From a virus: DNA of 45,226 nt. The notes below the pieces were generated by a model. That model did not search any database. It was not told the DNA's origin and saw nothing but the letters and a program-made list of their open reading frames with translations. Each line of letters opens with the position of its first letter. Position 1 is the stretch's first letter. The position numbers and the translations under genes are program-made. The stretch covers positions 1 to 45,226 of IMG/VR virus record IMGVR_UViG_3300035181_001114; one strand, given 5' to 3'. This document shows, one piece after another, positions 9,219-18,447 of the stretch.

Positions 9219-9686
9219 ATGATTTTGCAAGATTTTATTACTGAAATAATGGTTTTTTGTGAAAAAGAAACGCAGAAAATAATTGCTGAATTGCAATGGA
9301 ATAGGTTTGAAAATGATGGGCAATTTAATGATAATGAGCGATGGCAGGGAAATAGCCCCAAGGTTATAAAAGATAAGGGATTTGATATACCGCTGCAAGA
9401 TACCGGGCATTTAAGAAATGAACTTGAAGACCCAGAAAATTGGGATTTAAACCCTAAAGTTGATAAATTAACATTAACTTTAACAATCCCAGATATAGAG
9501 CAGTTTACAGAATCAAAATATGATGTGCTGCAAACTGGTGGCAATGTAGATCCTTATGTCAGCGTTAGGGGAAACAAGATTAATATATCGACAGTGCCAG
9601 CGAGAAATTTTAAAAATTTAAGTGCTGCTGATATGAAATGGATTGAAGATAAATTGATACAGGCTATTATTAGAAAGTTTACATGA
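9219..9686 (+). CDS. Neck/head-tail joining protein (HK97 gp10-like / Mu G-like)
   Basis: 155 aa. The QDTGHLRNEL motif resembles the DTGxLRxS signature of HK97 gp10-family head-tail adaptors. It lies between the head and tail genes. Confidence 0.45.
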   Translation: MILQDFITEIMVFCEKETQKIIAELQWNRFENDGQFNDNERWQGNSPKVIKDKGFDIPLQDTGHLRNELEDPENWDLNPKVDKLTLTLTIPDIEQFTESKYDVLQTGGNVDPYVSVRGNKINISTVPARNFKNLSAADMKWIEDKLIQAIIRKFT

Positions 9687-9837
9687 TGAATTACACTTAT
9701 ATCACAGTTATACGCAACGGTGTAGATAATTCTGTGAAGATTGGAGCATTGGAGTGACTTCGCTAACGCAAGCACTCCCTTAAGGTTCATTAACCAAAGG
9801 GATTGATAATCAATTATGTTTTTTAATAGTTGACTAT

Positions 9838-10362
9838 ATGACTAATGTTAATGTGTGGACTAAGCAAGTATTTGTATCTGCACAATATGCATATATTAAA
9901 GATGACTTGGCGAGTAAGCAAAGGCCCGGTATATTTTGTTATCCACTCCGCTCACATAAAAATAGTTTTGGATATTCTCAAGATGGAAAAATTTGCATGG
10001 AATTACACTTTAGCTTACAAGAGCAGCGTGTTGACTTGGCTCAAAATGTTATCCAAATTGCTAACTTAATTCAATTGATGAATTTGAATTTAGATTTTAC
10101 AACATATTGCCAACAGTTTATGCCGGGCTTATTTTGGATTGGTAAAGAATGTAATACTGATTATACTCGCGTGTACGCCAAAGAATCAGTGGTTAAAATT
10201 GAAATGGATTATAAAATAGATTTACTTGCTTATCAGCAAGAATTGCAAAAAGGTGGATTTGATATTACAAGTCCGGATGAACAAATTTATGTAGCAGCGC
10301 AGGCACTATTTGAACAAGTTGCTATTTTAGATAATGAATTAAACCCCGTTATTGTTGTTTAA
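9838..10362 (+). CDS. Tail-proximal structural protein (unknown; possible tail terminator)
   Basis: 174 aa, immediately upstream of the sheath gene. No clear RBS. Confidence 0.3.
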   Translation: MTNVNVWTKQVFVSAQYAYIKDDLASKQRPGIFCYPLRSHKNSFGYSQDGKICMELHFSLQEQRVDLAQNVIQIANLIQLMNLNLDFTTYCQQFMPGLFWIGKECNTDYTRVYAKESVVKIEMDYKIDLLAYQQELQKGGFDITSPDEQIYVAAQALFEQVAILDNELNPVIVV

Positions 10363-10375
10363 GGAGACAAAAAAG

Positions 10376-13270
10376 ATGAATTCATTCATGAGATATTTAA
10401 TTGTTAACACACAGCTTACGCCAAATCCCACATCTGGTTCTACAAGTAAGCAAACGTTATTACTTGGTCAAAGAATTACTGGTGGTAAGTTAATTTTATC
10501 GCAAAATGGTTTTTCACAACCTGATTTATATAAACCTCTGCAGGTACCATCATTTGCAACTGGTACCGCAGCTACAAATTATTTAGCATACTATGGCTTA
10601 GTGACATCAATTGGTATTAACTTTACTCTTGATTTACCAGCTCCAACCACTGTAAGCAACGTAGGGGCACAAACTATACTGACATGGTCAAGTATTCCGG
10701 CTGGATTTAGTCAATTAACAGGATTTGCATTGGCTGGTATATTGAGTCAAGATGTGATTAATGGATCCGTAGTCTCAGCACAAATTATTAGTGGTGTGGC
10801 AACGTTAACAGTACAAGGCAATGTTGCATTTGTAACTGCTGGTGATAGTGGCGATCCTTTGGTATTATCTGGATTAAATAACGTACAATATCCAGACCCT
10901 AATATTTCAGACCCAATTACATTAATGACGTGGGATTATTACCAAACTGCATTATCTGCTGCGCCTCCAACTCAAGGTACCCCATCTAGCTATTTATCTA
11001 TTTTAAGCGATAGAGATACTACAATCAATGCTAATCCAGCCCCTTTTAATTTGCCAGCGCCTAATTCTGTACAAATCTCAGGTTCAACAGCGACATTAAC
11101 TTACACTTATACAAGCGGTGATGTTACATTATTGACCAATCAAATTGATACAATACTTACTGAGTCAGGTTTAAGTAGTGGTTTACCTCAATATTATATT
11201 GCAAATTTAACCAATTTTGGTTATTTGCCTACAACTGCATATGGATCAAGTTCTCTCACACAAAATGTTACATTACCAAGTGACTCAACTCAAACATTAT
11301 ATTATGCAAATGGTGTTTATTTACGCGGTAGCGCTGATAGCGCAGGTATTGATCATTCTACCGATGGTATTAATTGGGTGCATAGTAATATCACTACTCA
11401 TACAGTAAATAAATTTTACTGGAATGGGTCTGTATATGTAGCTTGTACAAATGCTGGTTTATATTATTCAGTTAATGGCTCAAGTTGGACAGTTAGCTCT
11501 ATTAATAGCGGTATCTTTACTGATATTTATTTTGCAAATACTAAATGGGTTACAACAAGTACAGCTGGTTTATTTTATTCTAGTGATGGTATTACTTGGA
11601 CTGGTTGCTCTGGTGATGATAATGCCAGCTTTACAGCTATAACTTATGGCGTGGGAACCTCTGGCGGTGTGTGGGTGGCCGTAACTGCTTCCGCAGATGC
11701 TTATAATTCTACAGATGGTATAACATTTGCAGCATTAACACTAAGTACAGCTGGTTTCTTTTCAGCTTATTTTGCAAATGGATTATTTCAATTAGGTGGA
11801 AATACGACAGGTATTGTTTACTCTACAGATGGCACAACGTTTACGCCAAGTAATTTAACTACTTTAAGTGTAAAAGCAATTGCATTTAATTCTACTTTAG
11901 ACGTATGGAATGCTGCAACTACAGTTGGCATTTATTATTCAACAAATGGCATTGCTTGGACAATCACAACTGGTGCGTCAAGTGGCTCGTTTACATCATT
12001 ATCAGTAAATGGCACTACATTAATTGCGGGTAGTGGCTTAGGTGTTTATCATTCTGCGAATGGCACTACTTGGGCATTATCCAGCGGTGCAGGCGCAACA
12101 GGTGCATATGTGGCAGTATTATATGCTAACAATATTTATTTAGCGGGCTATCCAAGTGGCATAATAGCATCATACAATGGCTCAGCTTGGAACTCCGGCA
12201 GCACTACTGCAACGGCAACATTCAATGGTTATACTATTAACCCAACTGATAGCGGTGGAACTGTTGTAATAAGCTTAAGTAATGTTGTCGGTGGCTTTAA
12301 TACGTTAGGTACTATAGCTGTATCATTAGATAATACTTTGAGTGTGTTTGATTATTTAGATAATATTAATTTATATGGTGCAGTATTGCAGTTTCCAATA
12401 ACCACATTATCGCAAATTACAACAACACAGGCAGCGTTTTATAATGGTATTACTGCAATTAATAATCCTAATGAAGTGTTAAATAATCATTATTTAACAT
12501 ATGGTGCTGCGGGTAATATCTCTGTATTGCCTTCTCAAGCTTCGACATTGCCGAATAGAAATAACAATCAGAATATTTTAGTTACTTATCCATATGTTGC
12601 CCAGTTTGGTAATATTCCTTACGAAAATACTGCTGGTACTGTAGCTGGGGGTCGTGTAACTTCTGCCGTTATGTATATGCTTGCAAATGGTGATACTCCA
12701 TATCCATCATTAGGTGGATCAACAATTAACCACCTACCAGTTTCTAGCATTGCTAATACAACTAGTTACCAATCAACTCAAGGCGGAACTGGTGATATAG
12801 CAGTTAATCAAGGCTGGATGCCTTTAGCGCCAAACTCTGGGGGTGTGGTACAAATATTGCAATCTAATACCACATTAACCACTATACCTAATACAACAAC
12901 CCCAGATATTGAATTTAGATATACTCATATTTGGGATTGTGTAAGATGGTTAAAGCAACAAGTAGCGCAATTTTATCAAACAATTAGTGTATTGCCAAAT
13001 AACGCTGGTAGCGCTTTGATATCACCACAATTTATTCGTCAATTTAGAAGTGGTATTATTGCGATTCTCAATCAAGGTCAATTGTTGGGTGTTGTTGAAA
13101 ATGTAGAGGCTTATCAAAACTTAGTTAGAGTTACTCCAGATCAAACTAATCCAAACCAAGTAGATGCTTACATACCGAGTCAAATCATACCTCAATTGAA
13201 TGGTGCAAATATATTAATTAATGTATTTAGCTCATTATATCAATTTAATAATACAGCTACAGGAGTTTAA
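10376..13270 (+). CDS. Tail sheath protein with a large Asp-box beta-propeller insertion
   Basis: ATG 10376 follows AAGGAGA (the track start at 10352 is upstream). The N-terminal and C-terminal regions look sheath-like (IEFRYTHIWD...LNGANILINVF) and a 140-aa tube gene follows. The middle carries 8 SxDGxxW-type repeats. Confidence 0.6.
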   Translation: MNSFMRYLIVNTQLTPNPTSGSTSKQTLLLGQRITGGKLILSQNGFSQPDLYKPLQVPSFATGTAATNYLAYYGLVTSIGINFTLDLPAPTTVSNVGAQTILTWSSIPAGFSQLTGFALAGILSQDVINGSVVSAQIISGVATLTVQGNVAFVTAGDSGDPLVLSGLNNVQYPDPNISDPITLMTWDYYQTALSAAPPTQGTPSSYLSILSDRDTTINANPAPFNLPAPNSVQISGSTATLTYTYTSGDVTLLTNQIDTILTESGLSSGLPQYYIANLTNFGYLPTTAYGSSSLTQNVTLPSDSTQTLYYANGVYLRGSADSAGIDHSTDGINWVHSNITTHTVNKFYWNGSVYVACTNAGLYYSVNGSSWTVSSINSGIFTDIYFANTKWVTTSTAGLFYSSDGITWTGCSGDDNASFTAITYGVGTSGGVWVAVTASADAYNSTDGITFAALTLSTAGFFSAYFANGLFQLGGNTTGIVYSTDGTTFTPSNLTTLSVKAIAFNSTLDVWNAATTVGIYYSTNGIAWTITTGASSGSFTSLSVNGTTLIAGSGLGVYHSANGTTWALSSGAGATGAYVAVLYANNIYLAGYPSGIIASYNGSAWNSGSTTATATFNGYTINPTDSGGTVVISLSNVVGGFNTLGTIAVSLDNTLSVFDYLDNINLYGAVLQFPITTLSQITTTQAAFYNGITAINNPNEVLNNHYLTYGAAGNISVLPSQASTLPNRNNNQNILVTYPYVAQFGNIPYENTAGTVAGGRVTSAVMYMLANGDTPYPSLGGSTINHLPVSSIANTTSYQSTQGGTGDIAVNQGWMPLAPNSGGVVQILQSNTTLTTIPNTTTPDIEFRYTHIWDCVRWLKQQVAQFYQTISVLPNNAGSALISPQFIRQFRSGIIAILNQGQLLGVVENVEAYQNLVRVTPDQTNPNQVDAYIPSQIIPQLNGANILINVFSSLYQFNNTATGV

Positions 13271-13272
13271 TA

Positions 13273-13695
13273 ATGGCTACACAATATTTTTATGATCGGG
13301 TTGAAATTTATGTTAACGGTATTCAATATTTGCCAAATGGTCAAATTCGCAATTTTAGAATGAGTGCACGTTATAACACAAAAGTTCAACAAGGTATGAC
13401 CCCGACAGGTAACCCCGCAGGTAAAACAATCGGTAACTCAATGATTGATTCAATGTCTTGGACTGAGCTAATGCCTGATTTAAATGATTATGTAAATTGG
13501 CGTACATTTTGTATAGCAAATCCTGATGCAACATTTACCATTGTACCAGTTTCATTATCAACTGGAGCGCAGATAGCTCCAGATTTTGCAGTTACCGGAG
13601 TTGATCCAACAGATCAAACCGTAGCGGCACCTGGCGAGGGCGACGTTATGACAAGAGATTGTACGTTTAATGCAGTAACATCAAGTAATTTATAG
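13273..13695 (+). CDS. Tail tube protein
   Basis: 140 aa, directly after the sheath gene (2-nt gap). Assigned by the standard sheath-tube synteny. Confidence 0.55.
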   Translation: MATQYFYDRVEIYVNGIQYLPNGQIRNFRMSARYNTKVQQGMTPTGNPAGKTIGNSMIDSMSWTELMPDLNDYVNWRTFCIANPDATFTIVPVSLSTGAQIAPDFAVTGVDPTDQTVAAPGEGDVMTRDCTFNAVTSSNL

Positions 13696-13705
13696 GAGTA
13701 AATTC

Positions 13706-14083
13706 ATGAATAAAACATCTTTTTTAAATCCACAAGGTGCTTGGGATCCAGATACACCATATGCAGCTATTCCGATTACTGGAGCTGCTGCAATTGGTCT
13801 TAATTATGTAACATTACCTCTTGTAACTGATAAAGGTAGCATGTGGTTTACTAATGGCCTCAGTAAACCAGTAGAGGGCACTCATCCGGCAAATGATGCT
13901 GGTTGGACTTTATTGCAAGCTGGTACTGTGTTTTCTGCATCTGCGCCAACATCTAGCAATGATAAAACTCAAGGTTATGCTGTGGGTACTTTATGGCTTG
14001 ACACTGCTAACGGTGATGCTTTTGTTTGTACTGCTAATACTGCTACATCTGCGGTATGGACTGCTTTTGCAGGTAACATATAA
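13706..14083 (+). CDS. Hypothetical tail-module protein
   Basis: 125 aa with a GGAG RBS. Its stop overlaps the next start (ATAATG). Confidence 0.5.
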   Translation: MNKTSFLNPQGAWDPDTPYAAIPITGAAAIGLNYVTLPLVTDKGSMWFTNGLSKPVEGTHPANDAGWTLLQAGTVFSASAPTSSNDKTQGYAVGTLWLDTANGDAFVCTANTATSAVWTAFAGNI

Positions 14084-14706
14084 TGAATAAGCAAGAAGTT
14101 TTGGATACTATTAAAAATATCAAAAACACGCCAATTGCGCCGCAGAAGAAAGATTTACATTCTAACTCAAACGGCACTAATCACAAAGCACTAATGCGCT
14201 ACAATGCAATGCTTGATAACATTACTATTGGAGCGCATTCAAGAAAAACTTTTAGTTTAAACGGGATTGAATGGGATTTTAGATTATTAACAGCTTCTGA
14301 GCAAAATGCTATTAGAAAAGAAGTTATACTAATGGCCAAAAAAGATGATTGCTTTGAAGATTTTAACTTGCAATATTTGGAAATGGTTAAAATAGTTACT
14401 AAAGCATTATCACCATCACCATTTAAAACCGAAGGTAAAGAGGTGTGGAGTGAAGAAGATGTTGGAATGATACCCTATGCCATGTTAGAAGAATTGTTCA
14501 AAGAATACATTGATTTTGATAGCTTAGCAATGACTAAACCAAGCGATTTGCCAATCGATGAAGTGGAGGCATTAATTGAAATCATAAAAAAAAAGCCAGA
14601 GGCATTGAGAGAATTAGAGCGCAAGAAATTATTAGCAACCAATATATATCTGCTCAATTATTGCAAACAGCTGGAGAAGATAACAAAATCCGCTACGAGC
14701 AGTTAG
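14083..14706 (+). CDS. Tail assembly chaperone (gpG/gpE-like), with a candidate -1 frameshift extension to 14750
   Basis: 207 aa, immediately upstream of the tape measure gene. It contains A_AAA_AAG at 14589-14595, and the -1 frame is open only from 14580 to 14750. Confidence 0.5.
   Translation: MNKQEVLDTIKNIKNTPIAPQKKDLHSNSNGTNHKALMRYNAMLDNITIGAHSRKTFSLNGIEWDFRLLTASEQNAIRKEVILMAKKDDCFEDFNLQYLEMVKIVTKALSPSPFKTEGKEVWSEEDVGMIPYAMLEELFKEYIDFDSLAMTKPSDLPIDEVEALIEIIKKKPEALRELERKKLLATNIYLLNYCKQLEKITKSATSS
14589..14595 (+). promoter_or_regulatory. Candidate -1 programmed ribosomal frameshift heptamer A_AAA_AAG
   Basis: The zero-frame codons are ata aaa aaa aag (IKKK) within an A9 run (14586-14594). 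The heptamer is the same as in E. coli dnaX. Confidence 0.4.
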
Positions 14707-14742
14707 TTTTCTTAAAAATCATTTATCAAAGAATAGAAGAAA

Positions 14743-16479
14743 ATGGCTGACATTAATATACGTTTTGATCAGGGCAACAATGGCACTGGCGGCACTACAA
14801 GCAGCAGCAATGAATATTTAATTGGAGTTTTACAAAAATTAAATACGACATTAGATAAACTTGCTAATGCTAATGCACGTTCATCAAATGCCCCCACTAA
14901 TATTAAAAGTCCATATGATATTAATAGTAAACCATTTGAACAAATAACCAAAGATTTTGAAAAAGCCGTTGGCGAGTATAATAATTCGGTCTCAAAGAAA
15001 TTAGAATTACTTGGCAATCGCATGGGCAATTCTTTGATGACTGGAGCACTTGCGGGCGCTACCGTATTGGCTACTAGATATGCCGGGGCTGAAACAAGCG
15101 CTATAATTGCTAGAGCCACTAGCAGGGGATCTTTTGCTGCTGCGGGTATACAGGGTGCAGCTAATCAAGAGTTTGGCAATTATGTTGGCTCTTATTTTGA
15201 CATTGAAAAAACTAGAAGACAAACCGAGCATAGCGGAAATTACGAAGCAGCCGGGTCAGCTATTGGCGCAGCTATTGGCGGGTTTTTAACCAAGACTCCA
15301 ACTGGTGCCATTATTGGCGCTGATATTGGCAAAGAGTTAGTTAATAAAGCTGCTGGATTTTTAGGTGGTTATGAAGGTGGTAAATATTTTGCCGCTGGCG
15401 GTAATGCTTTAACAGAAGAGCAAATGTTACAACGCAGAGCTTTGGCAACTAGTCAAGCTAATGCATCAATATCACAATGGCGTACTGGATTTAGTCGCTT
15501 TGGTTTAAAAATGTCTCAGCAAGAAATTGCGGGCAGTGATATAACAGGTGGGGCATCGATCAGTGTACCATTGGCACAAGAATTTGAAAAACGTTATCGT
15601 GGCTCTCAAAATTATAATTCAATTTTAAATAATATTGTGCCTAATTTAAATACTAATCCACTTGATAGGGGGAAAACAGGCGATCTTAATAATGTAGCCC
15701 AGAATTTTTTAAAAGCAGGCTTTGCGGTAGGTGAGTTTGGTAAATTAACATTACAATCAGCGCAATATACTGCTATATCCAATAAAAACATAGAACAATT
15801 TTCAGAAGAAATTAAACAAGCTCGTAAAAAATTTGGTGAAGGTTATGATACTGGAACATTACAAAACGCATTGAATTTAATGTCATTAGGATACGGAAAA
15901 GAGCAGGCAAATAATATAGCTTATCAATCTCAGTTTAATCAAGGAATGTCTGGCAATCTTGGGCGATATGCAAATCAGGGTTATAGTGATTTTTACCGTA
16001 ATCAAGCGCTAAACGGAGTTTTGGGGTTAAATGTTAATGAAACATTACGCACTGGCAGCTTTGTTGGCAGCAAAGAATCTAGAGCAAAATATACGAAAGA
16101 ATTAGAAGATTATTTTCAGAATGGAAAGCTTGGACCAAATTTAGGCTTGGCAACAGCTACAGGCGCATTTACTCCAGCATCCCTAAGGTCAACGTTACAG
16201 AATAAAGTTGCTGTCAATACGACTAGCGGAAATGCAGGCACAGAATCAAATTTATCACCGGGGCAGGAAAAGAGTATAATAGGTGCTATTACAGATGGTT
16301 TAAAAAATGTGCAAAACATGAATGTAACAGCGCAAATTGTAAATATTGCGGGGCAAGCTTCAGGCACAATATTTGGAGGTGGAAGCCCATTGGGTAAAGA
16401 TTTGAGTACACTGGCGCGTAATATAATATCTCCACCTAGTGCTCAAGGTAGCAAGGTTTCACCAGCTGCAAAGCCCTAA
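14743..16479 (+). CDS. Tail tape measure protein
   Basis: 578 aa, Gly/Ala-rich with hydrophobic GxxxG-type stretches (GSAIGAAIGGFLTKTPTGAIIGADIG). It lies between the chaperone and the baseplate genes. Confidence 0.7.
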   Translation: MADINIRFDQGNNGTGGTTSSSNEYLIGVLQKLNTTLDKLANANARSSNAPTNIKSPYDINSKPFEQITKDFEKAVGEYNNSVSKKLELLGNRMGNSLMTGALAGATVLATRYAGAETSAIIARATSRGSFAAAGIQGAANQEFGNYVGSYFDIEKTRRQTEHSGNYEAAGSAIGAAIGGFLTKTPTGAIIGADIGKELVNKAAGFLGGYEGGKYFAAGGNALTEEQMLQRRALATSQANASISQWRTGFSRFGLKMSQQEIAGSDITGGASISVPLAQEFEKRYRGSQNYNSILNNIVPNLNTNPLDRGKTGDLNNVAQNFLKAGFAVGEFGKLTLQSAQYTAISNKNIEQFSEEIKQARKKFGEGYDTGTLQNALNLMSLGYGKEQANNIAYQSQFNQGMSGNLGRYANQGYSDFYRNQALNGVLGLNVNETLRTGSFVGSKESRAKYTKELEDYFQNGKLGPNLGLATATGAFTPASLRSTLQNKVAVNTTSGNAGTESNLSPGQEKSIIGAITDGLKNVQNMNVTAQIVNIAGQASGTIFGGGSPLGKDLSTLARNIISPPSAQGSKVSPAAKP

Positions 16480-16868
16480 AGGCAGATGTACAGGCTGCCA
16501 TTAGTAGAGTAGCGGCAAAAGCTGGAGTTGATAGAAATGCACTGGAAAGATTAGTGTGGAATGAATCGCGAGGTAATCCAAGCATTGGAATGGATAGGAG
16601 TGGTTATTCGGCTGGTATTGCTCAAGTTAGTAGACTAATTTGGCGTACATATAGCGATTTGCCGTACAGTGAAGCTATTAAACCCGAGCGATTTGAAGAA
16701 AATATGACCGTTGCAGCTAAATATTTAAAACATAATTATCAACATTATGGTAGCTGGAAATTGGCATTACAAGCATATAATGAAGGTGAAACAGTTATGG
16801 ATAAAGTATTAAAAGGTCAGCGCCAACTTAGCCCAATTACTGTAAATTATACTAAGGGTTTTAATTAA
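16452..16868 (+). CDS. Lytic transglycosylase (SLT-like) domain; the full domain lacks its own canonical start
   Basis: LERLVWNESRGNP...YSAGIAQVS...ALQAYNEG match the SLT ES / GxxQ / AYNxG motifs. The frame is open from 16452, but the only start is GTG 16554, just before the catalytic Glu. The frame is -1 relative to the tape measure. Confidence 0.7.
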   Translation, partial: QGFTSCKALKADVQAAISRVAAKAGVDRNALERLVWNESRGNPSIGMDRSGYSAGIAQVSRLIWRTYSDLPYSEAIKPERFEENMTVAAKYLKHNYQHYGSWKLALQAYNEGETVMDKVLKGQRQLSPITVNYTKGFN

Positions 16869-16879
16869 AGGAAATTATT

Positions 16880-17056
16880 ATGCCATCAAATTTTATTAAA
16901 GATATTGTAAAACAAACGGGTGTTAAAGAAGAAAAAATAGAGCATACCTTTAAAAAAGTAGAAGAAAGTGCTAAAAAATCAGGTGCAACTAATCCGTATG
17001 CTGTGGCAACTGCGGCAGTTGAACGCATGTCGGGTTATAAGCCGCATAGCAAATGA
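16880..17056 (+). CDS. Small hypothetical protein (58 aa, below the ORF-track cutoff)
   Basis: ATG 16880 follows AAAGGAAA and encodes MPSNFIKDIVKQTGVKEEKIEH...SGYKPHSK. Its stop overlaps the next ATG (ATGA at 17053-17056). Confidence 0.5.
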   Translation: MPSNFIKDIVKQTGVKEEKIEHTFKKVEESAKKSGATNPYAVATAAVERMSGYKPHSK

Positions 17057-18429
17057 GAAATTTAACTATTAATATTTATCCACGGCCAAATGCTGTAAAT
17101 GCAAATGGACAAATTGATAATAGCTATGTATTTAGTTCGTTAGATACTTTACAAAGTCTAATTACTCCAGATTCACCATTTCAATTTATAGCTGCTAATT
17201 TAAATTATTCTTTGGTTAGTAGTGGTATTACGTCAATGTTAGTTTTATCAATGGATGAACCGCCCGACCAATCCAATGTTTTGCGTAGCGGCCAACCGAT
17301 TGAAATAACTGATAATGATGATGTAGTGTTTCAAGGTGTATTATTGACATGTAAATATCAACTAATTCCAATGACTGAGAATAGCAGAACGGGCGGCATT
17401 TATTTAATTGCTACTTTAGCGCCAAGTATATTTCAGCTCACTACAACGCCAGTTTTATTTGATTCGGTACAAACAAATCAAATACAAGAATTAACTGGCA
17501 TAAATATTCAAAGTATATTAGCGGGTGGAGTTGTCCAAAACATAACTAGCGACTCATTAATTAATTACATGATAAGCAATACTGATTATTCTTCATTTTT
17601 TAATCAAACTGTTAATGTATCTGATTTGAGTGATAGTGTGTTTATAATGGCATCATCTGGACAAAGTAGAGATAGCGTGTTAAGGTCTAGCATTGATTTT
17701 AATAACGTGGTTTTATATCAAGCTGAAAATGGTATAATTAACATTAGACAATTAGATTCTACACTTGCCGCGCCGTTTAATGTCGATTTAACAAATCAAT
17801 TTAACGATACTGAAACTAATGATGCAACACCTACAGTGCCATTATTAGAATATGAATATGGCGATAATGCCGCCCTTACGCCAAGCATTGTTAGCAATTA
17901 TAATATGTTATCTCCAAATTTGGGCGTAGCAGCTAATGCCTCACGAAATTTGTTAAGTTATACTCCTAATCCTCAATTTTTTTCACGAGTTAACCAATTG
18001 GCTACTACTGGGTGGTTTACTGGTTTGATAGGTACTACACAAATAAATGAAAATATTATTACTGATCCTACCGTAGCAAAAGTAATAAGCGGTTATTTGG
18101 CTTATCCCGATAAATATATGACAAGTTCACAACAATTTGGTGCAGCTGAAAACGCCACAGCATCATATCAAGCATTATTGACGGGTAAAGAGTTGGCCGC
18201 ATCTTTGAATGATTATGCTACATTACAGGGTTTAATATCATTAGATGATCCAAATATAAGCATTCAGCAAAACATGGATGCAGTGCTTGGAACTATAATA
18301 AAAATTCAAAATTGTGACATGCAATCTGGTATAATTACAACATGTACCCGTAGTTATAGTACAGCCGGTAGTTATCTTAATTTTAACGCTACCCCACTTG
18401 GCTCAATAACCGGGTATTGGAAATCATAA
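17053..18429 (+). CDS. Baseplate hub-type protein (P2 gpD / Mu gp44-like by position)
   Basis: 458 aa, the first large gene after the tape measure/SLT. Assigned by synteny with Mu/P2-type baseplate modules. Confidence 0.4.
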   Translation: MRNLTINIYPRPNAVNANGQIDNSYVFSSLDTLQSLITPDSPFQFIAANLNYSLVSSGITSMLVLSMDEPPDQSNVLRSGQPIEITDNDDVVFQGVLLTCKYQLIPMTENSRTGGIYLIATLAPSIFQLTTTPVLFDSVQTNQIQELTGINIQSILAGGVVQNITSDSLINYMISNTDYSSFFNQTVNVSDLSDSVFIMASSGQSRDSVLRSSIDFNNVVLYQAENGIINIRQLDSTLAAPFNVDLTNQFNDTETNDATPTVPLLEYEYGDNAALTPSIVSNYNMLSPNLGVAANASRNLLSYTPNPQFFSRVNQLATTGWFTGLIGTTQINENIITDPTVAKVISGYLAYPDKYMTSSQQFGAAENATASYQALLTGKELAASLNDYATLQGLISLDDPNISIQQNMDAVLGTIIKIQNCDMQSGIITTCTRSYSTAGSYLNFNATPLGSITGYWKS

Positions 18430-18447
18430 CGTTGGGAAACGATAAGA

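Noticed and set aside
9117-9790. Minus-strand ORFs of 97, 138 and 78 aa overlapping the neck gene and the intergenic gap
   Set aside because: They are antisense to coupled + strand genes, have low-complexity hydrophobic content, and lack an RBS or promoter context.
9700-9810. Possible tRNA or tmRNA-like gene in the head-tail gap (GGTTCATTAACC resembles a T-arm)
   Set aside because: I could not build a cloverleaf. There is no acceptor stem pairing about 72 nt apart, no D-arm, and the putative T-loop sequence is non-canonical.
14769-16367. Several 60-116-aa ORFs in other frames or on the other strand of the tape measure gene (and similar ones in terL, capsid, fibre, RecT and DnaQ genes)
   Set aside because: All are nested in longer ORFs that have clear motifs or synteny. 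They are expected by chance in Gly/Ala-rich or repeat-biased coding sequence.
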